From: Sphagnum compactum
Taxonomy: Eukaryota
Reading direction: 5' to 3'
NCBI GenBank assembly: GCA_965153455.1
Contig: OZ234493.1
Coordinates: forward strand, 6,748,213-6,812,212
DNA length: 64,000 bases
In this document: positions 25,201 to 39,896 of the stretch, one piece after another
How the letters are laid out: the number at the start of each line of letters is the position of its first letter
Position numbering within the stretch: the first letter of the stretch is position 1
Notes under the pieces: model-generated
Databases searched by the model: none
Told to the model about the DNA's origin: nothing
The model's input: only the letters and a program-made list of their open reading frames with translations
Made by a program: the position numbers and the translations under genes

Positions 25201-26773
25201 ATGATGATTTAGAGTAGTTCTCTTTGAAATCTGATTTGTCGCAGACTTGACAAATAATATGCTCAAATGAGATAGTGGTGTGATGGCAGTGCACTGACCA
25301 CAATTTTTGTGATGTTGGTGATCAAATCAGAGAATATCCGAATTGTGCCGTAATGCTGGATCATGGCTAGTTGTGGATAATACTTATGAGTATGTGATCT
25401 CCCCTTAAGCCTTATTGCAGTTTCCATGTTGTAGGGGCTATCCCTCTGTCACCTTGGATTTGCATCAATTTTCTTTTTATTGATAGATCTTTGATGGTGC
25501 AAGAGATTTCAAGAGCATTGGCTGGTGTGATTGGAAATGAGGTTTTAATTATGCTGTAACTTGTTTGTTGTTGGGCCAGGTACTTCATGTATGATAATCA
25601 TAAGCATGTTTGTGTGGAAGGAGATCACGTGGTTAACATTTTCTCTTTCTCTAAAGCCTATGGCATGATGGGATGGAGGATTGGCTATGTAAGTCTTGTT
25701 CACCAACCCCTCTTTCTGAACAGAAAGCAATAGCACATCTTTCAATCACTCATCTCGGTACATTAAGTTGTCCTTGACTTCTGTGATATGATATCTTGCT
25801 GTTTAGGAGCTGGAAACGTCATTTCAGGAGTAGAAGCTGGCTAGAACTGTTTGTGTTTGGACTTGAACCTTCAAAGGGCTGTATGTTCGAGCTACAGAGC
25901 TTTCTGTTATGTAGTACTGCTGGGTTGGTAAGGTAGCTCCTTTTGAGGTGCTGAAACTCGAAATTGTGGAACGGACCAATGCTTGGAAGAGATGCTGAAA
26001 TCCACAACCTTCATTGACAGAATTGTCATTGGTTGGCTTCATTGTGGATGCAGTCACCCAACCTAATATCTTACCCATGAGAGGGGATGAGTATAGTCTA
26101 GCCATGGATTGTGCATTCTTTGTCCTGACTGCCCTTGTCTGAGTGTTGCCTCAGGCATTGATTTTGCTTAAAATACATCAACAACCAGGGACTGTTAGGG
26201 ATAAAAGTGGATGTTGTGCAGGTCTTTGAGGCCAGATGATCCTGGACTTCTAGCTACTTGCAAAGTGGACTGAATGGCCATATATATCTAATTCATTCCT
26301 CTGGCTTGTTGTCTGTGCAGATTGCATATCCATCATCTGTTCATGGCTTTGGTGCACAATTACTCAAAGTGCAAGACAATATTGCCATTTGTGCATCAAT
26401 AATTGGCCAAAAGTTGGCTATAGCAGCACTACAAGTGAGTCGAGACTGGGTGTTTGAGAAGGTGAAAAAATTAGGAGATAATCGTGCTTTGGTTATTGAT
26501 GCCCTGCTGCCTCTTGGAGAGGAAGCTGTCAAGGGAGGGGAAGGAGCAATGTATTTTTGGGCTAGGCTACCGGAAGGTCTTTCTGATGATGTGGCAGTGG
26601 TTCATTGGCTTGTCAAGAGGCACGGCATCACTGTCATACCTGGCACTGCCAGTGGATGCCCTGGGTTTCTTCGTGTGTCCTATGGAGGTCTCACATTCAC
26701 AAATTGTCAGGCTGCTGCTGCACGACTTAAAGTAGGACTGCAAGAGCTTGTAAGTAAAGGTATGGTAGCCTGA
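22208..26773 (+). CDS. ISS1: PLP-dependent class I/II aromatic aminotransferase, ISS1/VAS1-like, 8 exons
   Basis: Spliced peptide contains VLETDTPVMVE|MQALLRG...SLGQ|GIVYWQPP...YGADEGLPELR...|SVMVTAGANQ|AYVNLVLTLCDPGDSVVMFVPYYFN, VVDNTYE, FSFSKAYGMMGWRIGY (PLP lysine) and GGEGAMYFWARLP. Confidence 0.92.
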
Positions 26774-28433
26774 TTCATGAAGCAATTTCTTTCTGATGGG
26801 TTCCTTTCTGTGGAACCCATGAACCCATTGAGCTGATAAAACAGAAACTCCCTTATAAATTGGAGTTCTCAATCAGAATCTCACATTCACTTTCTTATCA
26901 ACTTATAATAAAGGACTAATAAAGTGAACAACTTTCTATGTGCAGTTTCCAGTTGTCTTTTCTTCTCGCATTCCTTTGGGCATGTAGTCCTTTGGTGAAT
27001 CTTTGAAACTAGCTTTACTCCCTCAAGTGCCGGTGCTAACCAACAGCCACCACTGCACCATCCATTGGTAGCCGGTCATGACTCAGCTGTGGACGAACCC
27101 CCCAACTGACTTGATGGCAGGTTTCGCCTTGGTAACCTATCCTGGAAAAATGAGTTCCATAGGTAAGTAAGCAGGTAGGTAGGACAATACACAGTCACTA
27201 ATTAAGTAGATTGCAGTAGATTAGTTAGTAATTAGGTTAGGGTGAGTGAGTTGTTTGTTGCTAGGGAGCTGGTACCCAATGGAAAAGTGTTTTGAGTCTA
27301 CCCACCATACATCTCACAGGGTCCCAGTGCCTTTGGGTTCATTTTGGCTTGCTCTAGTTGCTAGAAGCAGACACATTACCATGGATTGACCTAAACCTTC
27401 CAGCACTAACCATTTCAAAAGATTGGAAGAGATTCACCATTATGTGCAAAAGATTGTTTTCTGGCATTAAGACCATAACTAATTGTCTGTAAAATTAAAA
27501 TCCTTATTCAAAATCAAAACCTATGGCCAGCCAAATGCACATATTATCATGCAAAATTGTCTACTTGAGAGGAAAACTCAAGATGGGGGCAAAGGCCATA
27601 AATTAGAGCCACTGATTTGTAGCAACTTGTTAGAAACACTGAATTCGTGGTCATTCAGGAAACTCACCTTGAGTTCTCTCTCTGTGACCAAGGAAACATA
27701 TTGGAAACCTTTAAAAGTCCATAAACTTTCTTTTTTGCAGACATGTGCAATTGTAAAACTTTTTAATATAAACATGAGACACTCCATATCTTTAGAAAAG
27801 AATTCAACATTGGATGCTGTTCACATCAAAACACTCATATGTTATGTCATCCTATCAAACAGTCAAGACTACAGATAATGTTTTTTTTAAAAAAAAACTA
27901 TCTGTCTTCATTAAATAATATGAGGCAAACTCAAGAAACACTGATAGAGCACCTAGATAGGAGAGAAACTATGGAACATTGCCTCCTTCCTCCCTCACCT
28001 CTCCTATTACCTAATAACCAGAATGATCAAAGAATGAAAAGGAGTCACCATTTTCCATATTATCCCAACTGGAAAAAGAAAGAAAATACCTTTCCCTATT
28101 TTCTCTCAACCAAATTGGGCACAGGTCAAGTATGGTAGATTTCTATCCAGCAGAGACATCCTAAACGATGCAGCAAGTTAATCTTCTGCACCTGTCAACA
28201 AAAGTACATCCTCGTTTCTTCCATTGAAAGTGGGTGCAAAATATATATCACAAACCTCTGCAAAGCAACCCACCCCCTCCCCCCACTCTCAACCACACAG
28301 CACAATTGGAAAATTGTTGAGCACAAACCATCCTCCTTAGAGCATCTGAAAAGATGATCGAGGGAATGTAATACCAGTTCCTATGAAACAAAAATAGCAC
28401 AATGGCCTCTCACTCCCTCCAACAAGCTTGGAA

Positions 28434-31400
28434 TCAGTCATTGAGTTTCTGGCGCTTCACTTCATTGCCTTCCTCTGCACTGTCATTGGTTTCCTCAATC
28501 GGAGGTCTCCCTTCTGCACGAAGGGTTCCATTCACAAATTCAGCACCGTGGGACGCTATGTGCTTGCTGCTGAGATGACGCCCTGCCCTTGGCTTGGGAC
28601 CCCAAAACTCCTCAGGATTGGGTAAGAATCTGGCCACACCTGCTGCTAAGGCCCTGCTCATGGCTGCTGGCACTTTCTTGAAATTTGCCTACAAGAAATG
28701 ACAATCCAACAAGCACCCCATCAAGAGTCCGATTACATGTGATTGTAAAATGACAGGATATACTGCGCTGAAACATCATTTCAGCTTATCTATTTCTTGA
28801 GATGTGGTTGCAAAGGGATTGCTCTCCTCTGAGCATGGGCATGAATTCTTGAGTAGAAACAAATATGGGACAACTGCAGTCAATAAACCACTTATATGCA
28901 ACTGGCACTTCCTTGAAAATGACCTTGGAAGGAGAAAACATATGTTCCATGATCCACCTATGTGTAGCCGCAGTGGTCAGACCAATGAACAAGACAGAGG
29001 GGCCCACAACCATAAAACCAGAGCCCATATATGTGAAACTTCCCCAACAATTACCTGAATGCAAACAAGTTAACATGATCTGTCCACTGTTTTCAAAAAC
29101 AAATGCAGGGACAGAATGATTAGTAAATGCTGATAAAAATTGAACCACATAGGAACACATGACTTCTCTCAACGAAACTTTGCATTCAGACACACCTCAA
29201 TTTCTGGTGGTTTGCTCAAAATGACTCTGCCTGATGTCTCCCCACCATGATCTTTCACAGGATGATCCTTCACCTGCAACAAGAACAACCGTCCCTTTTA
29301 CAAAGTATCCATAGTTGGCATATGCACCACACAGAAATGAGTGCCAGATTTTAAGAAACCAAAACAAGGCAGATGAAACATACCCAGCAGCGCATGATGT
29401 CCCATAGGACTTCCATAGGTGCATCAGTCTTGAGGCCTAGAGGATTTGCATGAGAGCCTGAGATCCGATACCCAGCATTCACCACTGCAGACCGAAAAAG
29501 TGCAGATGATGGTGGTGTGCATTTAAGTGTAGCACTCATTGAATGAAGGCTAATGTACAAAGGTATATCAATGATCTCCTGCAACCCCAAAGAATCCAAC
29601 AGGGGTGTTAAAACTTTACTGCTTCTCTAAAGAAGCCTACAATGTTGAGTTATATGATTCACAATAGCATTAAGCTTGCAACTGGTTGTCATTCAATCTG
29701 GAATGGCCAAGAGGAGAACAGCAAGGAAACAACTTATTCACATCTCTTCTTTGGTGTACAAATGAATCACCAGAGATTTGCATCCTAATAAAACCAACCT
29801 CTGACACAGCGGTAAGAATACTGTGCACTTTCCCAAAAGCAGGATATCGCATCTTCATTGATGAAACACTTGACAGCATGGATGCAATCCATTCTGAGTT
29901 GTGAATAGGAGCAGACCACATTGGCCCCCCCATGTTGTGATGCTTTCCACACTGCTTGCAATCTGGAGATATGACTGGTCCAGTTCCAGGTAAATAGCGA
30001 ACACTGCCTTGCCTTGATGCGATGCGGCCAACTGGCTGCAGATGGAAAGAATCACAGCCTACACACTGATAGACATAACATAGCTTGCTTGGGGTCTCCT
30101 TAATGGTACTTGCAGACCTACACCCGGTCACCAATACCGATAGAAATCTTTCACACATCACTGTACTGGTATGCATTCTCTGCCGACTTACTCTCACACA
30201 AGTTCTCATCAAGGACAATTCAATGCATTAAAGATCTATCTCTCACATTAATGTCTACTGTTGAACAAACAGAGCATTACATCCAGATAGTGTCATAAGT
30301 ACACTACATGATCATAAAAATTGGACAAGGATTGAAAGATAAGAACTGACCTTCAGTGTTAATGCAGCTTTCATGAGAATGTAGAGGGGAAAAGGGGGAG
30401 TTAGGTGCAAACTTGAAACCTACTTGTGCAGATTTGCATTTAAAAACTGTGATGGAGAGTCTGAAAACCGTACGTGTAAATGCGCACAAAGACTCGCACA
30501 TAGAAGTCAACAGAAAGTGAAAGCACTGGCACTATGTAGCGCTTGTAACGGTTGGCATGACTCTGCATCCGTCAAACAGAACATCATTTGTTTGCTATCC
30601 TCTTCTTCAAATCCAAACAACAGAGGAGAGAATAAGGGAAGGCAGAAAGGAAAATAAGACAATTCACCTCAATGCTAGCAAGCAGAATGCGCAGAGCCAT
30701 TTCATGACAGTACTTTCCTCGCAGAGGATAGGCCCCATACCTACACATGTACAATAGGCTGTGTCAAGGTAACTGGAGTACTTGCTTAGACAATCCCTAA
30801 TCCCTTCATGAGGTGAGACAAAAGTAATGTGAATCCAAATGAGTGCGCATATGTAATTGCAGATTTGCAGATACTGCCTACTACAACTTGTGAAGCTGTG
30901 CCAAATCCTGTCATGTATTGTTTTTCTCTCCATCTTCAGTTACTCATGTCCATTCCATTCCACACATACTCCATTGTTGAAGGATTCGTCTCACATATTT
31001 GACAAACAGCAACAAACAAAATGCAGACATACTTGGAATAACAAACTTCTCCATTGTTCCCACAAAGGACAGCCATGTCAGTCGCTGTACACATAAGTAG
31101 GCCTCCCTCTGTGATGGACTGTACAGCAGAGTCCAAAAATACTGATGGTGACCCATATGGATCTAAGTCAACCTGAAAAGGAAAACCAAGTTTTATCTTA
31201 GTAACATCCAATGTGAACAAACACCATACAACATTGCCCCAGAACACTGCAGGATTTACACCTGAGAACAAAGGGTTGGATTTCATTCAGTTGGTTATGA
31301 CCAACTTCCATGTTACAGATGAGGACCCTGTCACCAGACACAATGAACTGGTCATAACTTAAGGAGACAGAGCAATTCACTTTGAAATGGTACTCACCAC

Positions 31401-32679
31401 ATCAAACTCCTTCTCATGGGAGAGCATATAAATGCGGGAATCAGCATGGTGAGCTGTAAGCTTAGCCATGGCCACCTTGCCATTTAACCGTATGTTACGC
31501 TCACATGCCTCCACTGCAACTGCAAAAAACCCAGGTTCGAATACTTCTGTTTAAATCCTTAAAAAAATCACTTTTGTTTGAAGCACAGAACAGGTATAAA
31601 TCAGATTCACACCTCAGTTGAAACTGCCACTGCAACTTTCCTGTTAGATTCTGGGGCTTCAAGTTTTTGGAATTGGGAATGGTTTGATGTACCATGGACA
31701 CTGAGGGAGAAAAGGTAGGACAGAGTCAGGGGGTTAACCTTTATCATTATCACACGCCACTACTGAACCAACCTCTGCAACTTCTTTGGCATACCGTAAA
31801 GCCCGCAATCCTGATGCCGCCAATGCCTTCAGATAGAAACAAAGATCATGAACATCACCCAGTTTCTGGGTCTGTATAGAAACAAAGATTATGGTACAGG
31901 ATTCATTTTAAGTACATCTAACCTCAAACCCCTGTATTTGTAGCCTAGAACAGAGCTGAAGATGGTATCCAAGATTTGGTGAGATAGGAAGAGTGCAGTA
32001 CATTAACATACCTCAAGGACATGAAGAGGTTTTGCTTCAGGGTTTCCAAGTAAAGGGTCATTAACCACAGCAGTGATAGGGCTTTCTTTTGTGATCTGAA
32101 CCCCAGTTGTCTCCACATCCTCTGCCACAGTTTCAAGTGGTAGGTCTTCTTCTGGAGGGAGAGCCTCATGTTCAGAGGATAAATGCTCCAAATGATTTGT
32201 TTCACTTGGTGAAATTGTTGAGGGATTTTCAGTTTCAAGATATCCATTGCAGCGCTCATTCTGTCTGCTTGATTCCTTCCGGTTGCCATAAGAAGCAACC
32301 TTTTTTGTCAAAAGACTTTCATGTTCCTGCTGGCGCTTGGCAGCGAATGCTCGCAGGACTGCTATAGAGAGGTCCCTGTTCACTATCTGTCAAGAAAAAT
32401 TGTGCTCAGATTTGGAGAATATCTCCAAAAATATTCCAGCACAATGCCATGCTGCTTGAAACTTGCTCAGGTTCCCCTAATCAAAGCTTTGAAGTATTCA
32501 TATTTCAAACTTACCTGGGCTTTGTTGTAGAAAACGTCGTTGCCATGTATTAAGATGTCTGCCTCTCCTTCTCGAAGAATAGTGGGTTCTGCAGTGTTTG
32601 CATACTCTCTGGCTGCAGCTTCTTTCTTTTTCCCAACTCTGTGAGGCTTTCTGGGCATATCTTCAGTGGCACCAGCCAT
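28434..32679 (-). CDS. TRM1: tRNA (guanine26-N2,N2)-dimethyltransferase, multi-exon
   Basis: Motifs EGEADIL...[77 protein letters not shown], zinc finger CVGC...[14 protein letters not shown] and [16 protein letters not shown]. Confidence 0.95.
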
Positions 32680-33416
32680 AGCTGGCCCCTTGCACGGGGT
32701 GCCACCTGGCAGAGATTGGGAAGGCAAAAGAAAGAAAGACCCTAGGAGGGCAGCTGTGGTAAGTGGAGAGAGGCCAAGAGATGATGAGCAGGTCTGATGA
32801 GACAGACTGAATGAGAGGGGTGAGTGTGAAAGGACCTCACTAACAGTATTGTTTCTGATGAAAACTGAGTGTGAAGAATGAGATGCAGCCCCAAATTTCT
32901 CACAGATGATAATCACCAACTGAGACAAAAAGGATGAGATGGACAAACTTGGAGATGCTTCAACAAAAGAGCTTCTTACTATCCAACTCTCATTAATCCG
33001 AGAAGAAGTCACAATTTTTTTAGCAAGATGCAAAAAGCTTAGCTTCATCCAGCACGTATTCCAATGAAACAAAACCTAACTCTAACCTTATAACCAGCAC
33101 ATGCAATCTGCAAATCTCTGAGTGCATGCATCAACTGGAACTCCCAACCCAAAGAATTTATCATATACCAAATTCAGAAAGCTCTCTATATTGAACAACA
33201 ATTAAACAAAATCAAAGACCCACAAGAAAAAAACGCTTCCAGCAACAACCCTAAATACCAGATGAAAAGGGAAAATCAGACTTGGAAACTAGAGACTCTG
33301 CAGATCAATCAGAATAAGAAGAGAAAACTGTCGAGCAAAACCTTCATCAGTAGTGTAAGAAGGTTGAACCCCAAACAAGGTAGATGCACACATGAACAGA
33401 AAACTCAAGCTCAAAC

Positions 33417-33440
33417 CCCTAACCCTAACCCTAACCCTAA
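33417..33440 (+). repeat. (CCCTAA)4 telomere-like tract in the TRM1 5' region
   Basis: CCCTAACCCTAACCCTAACCCTAA is seen directly. Confidence 0.8.
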
Positions 33441-34912
33441 CAGTCCCTGTCGACTTCTTGCCGATTTAGCTTCAAAGGCTCAAAATTCCAAGGAGGGAGA
33501 GGGAGAAACGTATAACCAGAGAGCGGATGAGAAACAAGCGAGGAGGGGAGAGAGATTGAGTGTATTAGTGTGCGTGTGTGTGGATGTCTGTGTGTTTTTC
33601 GGGTACCTGACAGCTCACGGACCGAGTGACAAAAATCGGGTGGTGTCACACTAGAGAAAATCCAGCGAGCGTGAGCAACAAGATTGTCTCGAAGCTGTTG
33701 AAGCTGTCTCGGAGACTCAAAAGCCGCCCCCAAACATAGCAGGACGACAAGATGGTAGAAAACTACCTAAGAAAGCCAGTACAAAAGGGAACCAACAGAG
33801 TCGCAGATACAAACCCAAGAACGGGCAAACACATAATAAGGTTTCGAAATTCAACGAACTACTTACATGCAAACCACGCGTGTCTATGCACACAAGCCCA
33901 AAATCGACAAAGCTCGAAATTTGGGGAAGAAGACGCAGATTCCTCCCTGCAATGCAACGACGACGACGCCGCCGCGGCGCCAGAATCTTCATCTTCTGTT
34001 CATGGATGAAAACCTCTGATCTATCCAGACGATAATCATCCACGCGGGCTGTTCTTTTGACCTTGTATTTTGCAGATTTCTAGAGCAACTTTTCAAACAG
34101 AGAAAATGCTAAAAAAAATTAATTAATTAATTAATTGTTGGGGGTATTTACCAAAGGATGATGTTAATCAAAGTTAACTTTGTGGGTGTTAATGCCATGC
34201 CATACATGGCATTGGCACGATTCTACATTACATGCCCCACATGCCCAATCGAACTTTGCAAGTGTCAATGTGTCATAATAATAATCCCCAAAATAGTGAA
34301 ATGAAATTTTGTGAAAATATGAAGTTGACATGTTGAAAATCATCATAATTATCATAAGCTACACCCTGAATAATTTCACTACTCATATCACAATATCATG
34401 ACTCCATGGCTACAATAAATCCGACATGTCAATGATACAACACAATAATTCTTAGAAGGTTTTGTTGTGACAGTTCCCACAAAACCAAAAACCTTTTAGG
34501 AATTTAGTGCAGGCATAACCTTATTTAGTCTCGCTCATAATGTATCCCCCTGCACTAAACATATCACACACAATTCATAAATTTGTTAACTGGGGTAGTA
34601 CTATTATACTTCCCAGAACTAAAATCAAACTTGATTAAAAAAAATGACCTAACAAAATCCATGATACATAAAGTTTAGTCAGGTCATATAGCACAATTTT
34701 CCAGGACAAAAGCAAATACGTTTGATACTTAAACGAGCCCCTGAGAAAGACTCTCTACAGGGCATCCAAATGCGCACCAGTCTTGTGCATATCAAGATAA
34801 GACTCCTGGAAACCTTTAGCTGGGTCAATTAAGAATATGACCCAGAACTCGTTTACAATTAAAAGCATCACCACTGAAGTAGACAAGTTTTTCAAATTGC
34901 TATGGTACAAAC

Positions 34913-37900
34913 TTATGAGATGCCTGCGGGTGCTTCAATGGCCGTACTTGAGGCAGTTCCAGTCGCTCCATTGAGAACTGTTACAGCTCCCTCAGAGTCA
35001 ATGTCAATGATAGCAGAGTCACCTTCCTTGATCTCTCCAGCAAGCATACGTTCCGCCATGCTGTCCTCCAACAACCTCATAATGGCCCGCCGCAATGGTC
35101 GGGCACCATAACTGGGACTGTAGCCCTCATCCACTACCCGATCCCTGAACCTCTCAGTAACCTGCCAAAGCACAGTCCAAGTTGTTAATACAATTCTTCA
35201 GTCACATCTCTCAAATCAACTGAAAAGTTAGCTGAAGGCCTAGAGTAGCAATCACCCCCTATGCACTGAGCTATTGAATATGAATACTGTTCTGTCAACC
35301 ATTTAACATGCCCTATCAGGACGGGTGTGGCACCTGCAAATTGATCTCCTTTTTCTTCAGCCGCTCAAAAACTTCCTTCAACATTATATCTGCAATCTCT
35401 TTGACCTCCAATTTAGTCAGCTGACGGAAAACAATAATTTCATCCAGCCGATTTAAAAACTCAGGTCTGAAATACTGCTTCAGCTCCTCATTGACCAGGC
35501 TTTTTATGCGGTTGTAGCTGGAATCTTTCTCGCCATAGTCTAATTGAAACCCAATTCCACCACCACCCTTCTCAATAACACTGCTTCCAACATTGGATGT
35601 CATGATCAGTAAAGTGTTTTTGAAATCAACTGTCCGTCCTTTACTATCCGTCAACCGACCATCCTCCAGAATTTGAAGCATCATGTTAAAAACATCTGGA
35701 TGAGCCTTCTCAATCTCATCAAAAAGCACAACTGTGTATGGTCGTCGACGAACAGCTTCAGTCAACTGACCACCCTCACTGTAACCCACATATCCAGGAG
35801 GGGACCCAATGAGCTTCGACACTGTATGCCGCTCCATGAACTCACTCATGTCAAGACGGATCATCGCTTCCTGTGACCCAAAATAGTAGGAGGCAAGTGC
35901 CTTTGCAAGCTCTGATTTTCCAACACCTGTTGGGCCAGAGAATATGAAGCTAGCAATTGGGCGATTAGGGTTCTTCAACCCCACTCGGGCCCTTCGAATT
36001 GCCCGACTTATAGCTTTCACTGCCTCATCTTGACCAATTATCCTTTGGTGAAGTGTTTCCTCCATTTTAAGAAGGCGATCAGATTCATCAGTTGACACTT
36101 TCTCAACTGGAATCCCTGTCCATGCTGAAACAATGTGTTGAATGTCAGACTCCTCCACCACGGGGCCAGTATCCCCTGCCTCAGTTTCAGCCTTCAACTT
36201 CTCCTTTCCTTTCTCTGTAATTGTTGCAATTTGAGCCTTCAATTCCATTTCACGGTCTCGCAGTTCTCCAGCCTGGAAATTAGAGGAATACAATGAATGA
36301 ATAGATTAAAAGTTTACTGGACAGATGTATTAACAGAGCAAATTGTTTGCCTCATTTGTTCAAGTTTAAAGCAACAGAAGATTCTTGCCTTCTCAAAGTC
36401 TTGACCACGGACAGCTTCATTCTTCTCCTTGGTGATTCCTCGAAGCTCCTTGTCAAGTTCTCTTGCCTCCTCAGGCAGCTGCATAGAAACAGCCCAAAAA
36501 CAATGCAACCATTACAGACAGCCATTAATCCTTCCAGGAAGCCTTTACATATAACAGTCCACAGTATGATTTATGATCATGGAAAGTTTTCCCATCGCAA
36601 TTCTCACCTGAGCATGGCGCAGACGGACCCGAGATCCAGCCTCATCAATTAAATCAATGGCCTTGTCTGGCAAGAAGCGGTCACTGCATGCATTTCAACT
36701 GAACTTCAGTATCTTGAACCCAAGCACAGTTTCAAACTACAGGCACATTAGCAATCATAGCTAGGTGTCATAGCTGAGTGATCTAGGGCATCACCCCAAG
36801 AATGGAAGTGGCAACTCAGAAAATGGCAGGACCATTATTCCTGACAACAAGGGGCATAATATTGACAATCTGCAGCTGAATATTGAAAAATAGCTCAGCA
36901 GACTAAGAGTAATGTCCTCACACCTTCTGAAACAGAATGAAGCCAACAAAGGTCTTCGATCACACTACAAAAGAGTCACGTTATTTGTAGAGTAGGGTCA
37001 GACCTGATGTATTGGTAGGAGAGTTGTGCAGCTGCAACTAAAGCTTCATCAGTGTAACGCAACTTGTGATGGATCTCGTACCGCTCCCTCAATCCCTTGA
37101 GAATTTCAATTGTTTCGTCGACAGATGGCTCTGGAACAAGGACAGGCTGGAAACGCCGCTCCAGTGCTGGATCTTTCTCAATGTGCTTCCGGTACTCATC
37201 CAGTGTTGTAGCTCCAATACACTAATGGTGCAAACATGTCAAGAAGCATACCTCTAAAGCAAGTTCACATTAGTTTTGCTGAAGATGAAATTTGATCAAG
37301 ATTGGACTGTTGCATAAGGGCACTAACACCACATTTCCACTCCAAATTTGCTAGCTAAAGATAGCTTCTTCATCTTCTACAATCTACTGGCTGTGGAAGA
37401 ACATCTTGTTGTTACTTTGATTCACCTTGAACTGCATTGCCATAAAGTGAATGGCACAAAACACAGAGAATACAGAATTGGCTAAGAGAGTTGGATGGGT
37501 GTCACAAAACATCGAAGCAGACAAATCAACTATCCAGATGTTTGCTTAGCATGGGAAAGCTTGCTACCCTGGAAAATATCATAACCAAAGTTCCATCCAA
37601 ACTGGATGTATGAGAGCTGTCATTCGGATGGAAGTTCATTTTTATGGTGAAGTTAATTCTGTGCTGTCAAAAATATATTAGAAGTTGAAGACAGAAGTAA
37701 AAGCAATCATTCAAACCCCTACCTGAAGTTCACCTCGGGAAAGTGCAGGCTTGAGAATATTGGCAGCATCAATAGCACCCTCAGCTGCACCTGCCCCTAT
37801 CAGGGTATGCACCTCATCAATGACGAGAATGATATCATCTGCTTGTTTGATCTCCTCCATCAATTTTTTCAATCGCTCCTCAAACTCACCTCGGTACTTA

Positions 37901-39896
37901 GTACCAGCAACCAACAACCCCAGATCTAATGTTATCACCTTCTTGCCTTCAATAGTCTCAGGGACATCACCCGATGCAATTCGCTGGGCTAGGCCCTCTG
38001 CAATAGCAGTTTTTCCAACACCTGGTTCTCCAATAAGGCAAGGATTATTTTTTGTTCTTCGACCCAGAATTTGTGTTACCCGCTCAATTTGTGCTTGCCG
38101 ACCTACAACTGGATCAAGTTTGCCCTGAAGTTGTTCATCAACCAGAGACAAGTAAGTTTCTATACTACACAGAAATGCCACAGCCAGTCATGATCCAATC
38201 CTCCCAAAGGTCAGGGGATATAAAGCTACCAGCAATTGGAGAATTTACAAAAGTGAGATGCATAGGGTTAACACACTTCACCTCTTCAGCAAGCTTTGTC
38301 AAATTGGTACCATATTCCTCCAAAGTTGGCATTTTGTTACTACTACTTCCACCCCCTACTCCTGCCCCCACAGATTCTGTACTCTCGCCCACCATCCGTA
38401 TAACCTGCAATTGTAAAACCATGTTAAGCAGACCCACATCAGTACTCTAAGCTCCCTAGGCCCCAACTGGTATACAAACCCAATAGACCTCTCTGACCAA
38501 CAACAAAAAAGACCATCATGTCACATATTTGGTACCATATTCAGGGTACTCGACTTGAAGAAAGACAACCATGACCCCTTCATGGAAGCAACTTTGATAC
38601 ATCACATTCATGCATTTCATCAATTGATCACGTCTTTAAACAGACATAGGGAGCACCTAAATACTCCTTATCATCAGATCTAACTTCTAGTTAGGCAGGA
38701 CTGATGGCAGCACACCTGTGTGCGAATGCTGCTGGGATCTGCTCCAAGATTCTCCAGGACTCGGGCTGCAACACCCTCCCCCTCCCGCAATAACCCCAGA
38801 AGCAAATGCTCTGTACCTATGTAATTATGGCCTGCACAGATCACCACCACAAAACACTGCAGTGTGACTAAGGGTTTCTCCCCATTAGGCTGTTTTGACG
38901 CAGTGTATCTGTGATCTCAGTAGCCTAATGGTAAACCACTGACATAGGGCCTTGTTTTTCTTGCTCTAGGGACAGTTTCTTTCCATTGGAGAGCTACAAG
39001 TGGGTTAAAAATATGTAAATAATCATCTTAGAAACTCTGGGAACACATGTTCTCATGAAAAAAGGGACAGATGTCACTGCATGGTGAGTCACACTTTGAA
39101 CTCACAGCTCTCACAGCTCCTGCATTTGTCAATGCTTGATGGTAGAGCTGTTAGATGACTGTGAGCACAGCTAGTTGAAAAAACTTAACAGAAAGCTGAT
39201 GTGATCACAGCAGCCTAATGGAAAGAGGTCCTAAGCCATTGAGCACCAACTTTTGCAAAGTTAATCTTGATGGAAATTGCATGTTTGATACATACCAAGC
39301 TGACGGGCTTCCTCCAGAGAGAGTTCCAAAACCCGCTTTGCCCGTGGAGTGAAAGGAATTTCAACAGCCACAAACCCACTCCCTCGCCCGATAATCTTCT
39401 CAACCTCCACACGAGCTTCTTTCAAATTCACGCCCATAGATTTCAAAACTTTGGCTGCAATTCCAGTGCCCTCGCCTACTAACCCTAACAAGATTTGCTC
39501 AGTCCCGACGAAATTATGGCCTAAACGCCGTGCTTCCTCTTGGGCTAGCATTATGACTTTGATGGCTTTTTCAGTAAACCGCTCAAACATGGCTGTGACG
39601 ACCCCCTTGGACACAGATTTCGGAGATTTCACTATATCCACTGCGGATGCCACAACGGAACGAAAATCCTTCCCTTGTATTGACATCAAGCCGTCAATTG
39701 CTGTCGCTTTCCGCATCCCAGCAAACGTTTGAAACACTGCAGTTGAGGAAACCTGTAGCTGGCCGCCATTTCTCCTTGCTCCAGAAGAACGCGCTGCTAA
39801 AACTCTGTGGTTTCCAGGAGCTTGAAAAGCTGAAGCAAATTGAGGACTTCCAGTAGTGCGTAGACTTACAGATGCTTTCGCTACAGCTGACGCCAT
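34913..39896 (-). CDS. CLPC: Chloroplast Hsp100/Clp ATPase ClpC, 9 exons, with N-terminal transit peptide
   Basis: Transit peptide followed by [38 protein letters not shown]. Walker A motifs GEPGVGKT and SGPTGVGKS, plus [11 protein letters not shown] and [10 protein letters not shown]. Confidence 0.98.

Noticed and set aside
19316-27264. 15-bp inverted match CTAGCAACAAACAAC (19316) / GTTGTTTGTTGCTAG (27250) as TIRs around ISS1
   Set aside because: The match is short and low-complexity, and I found no TSD or extended similarity.
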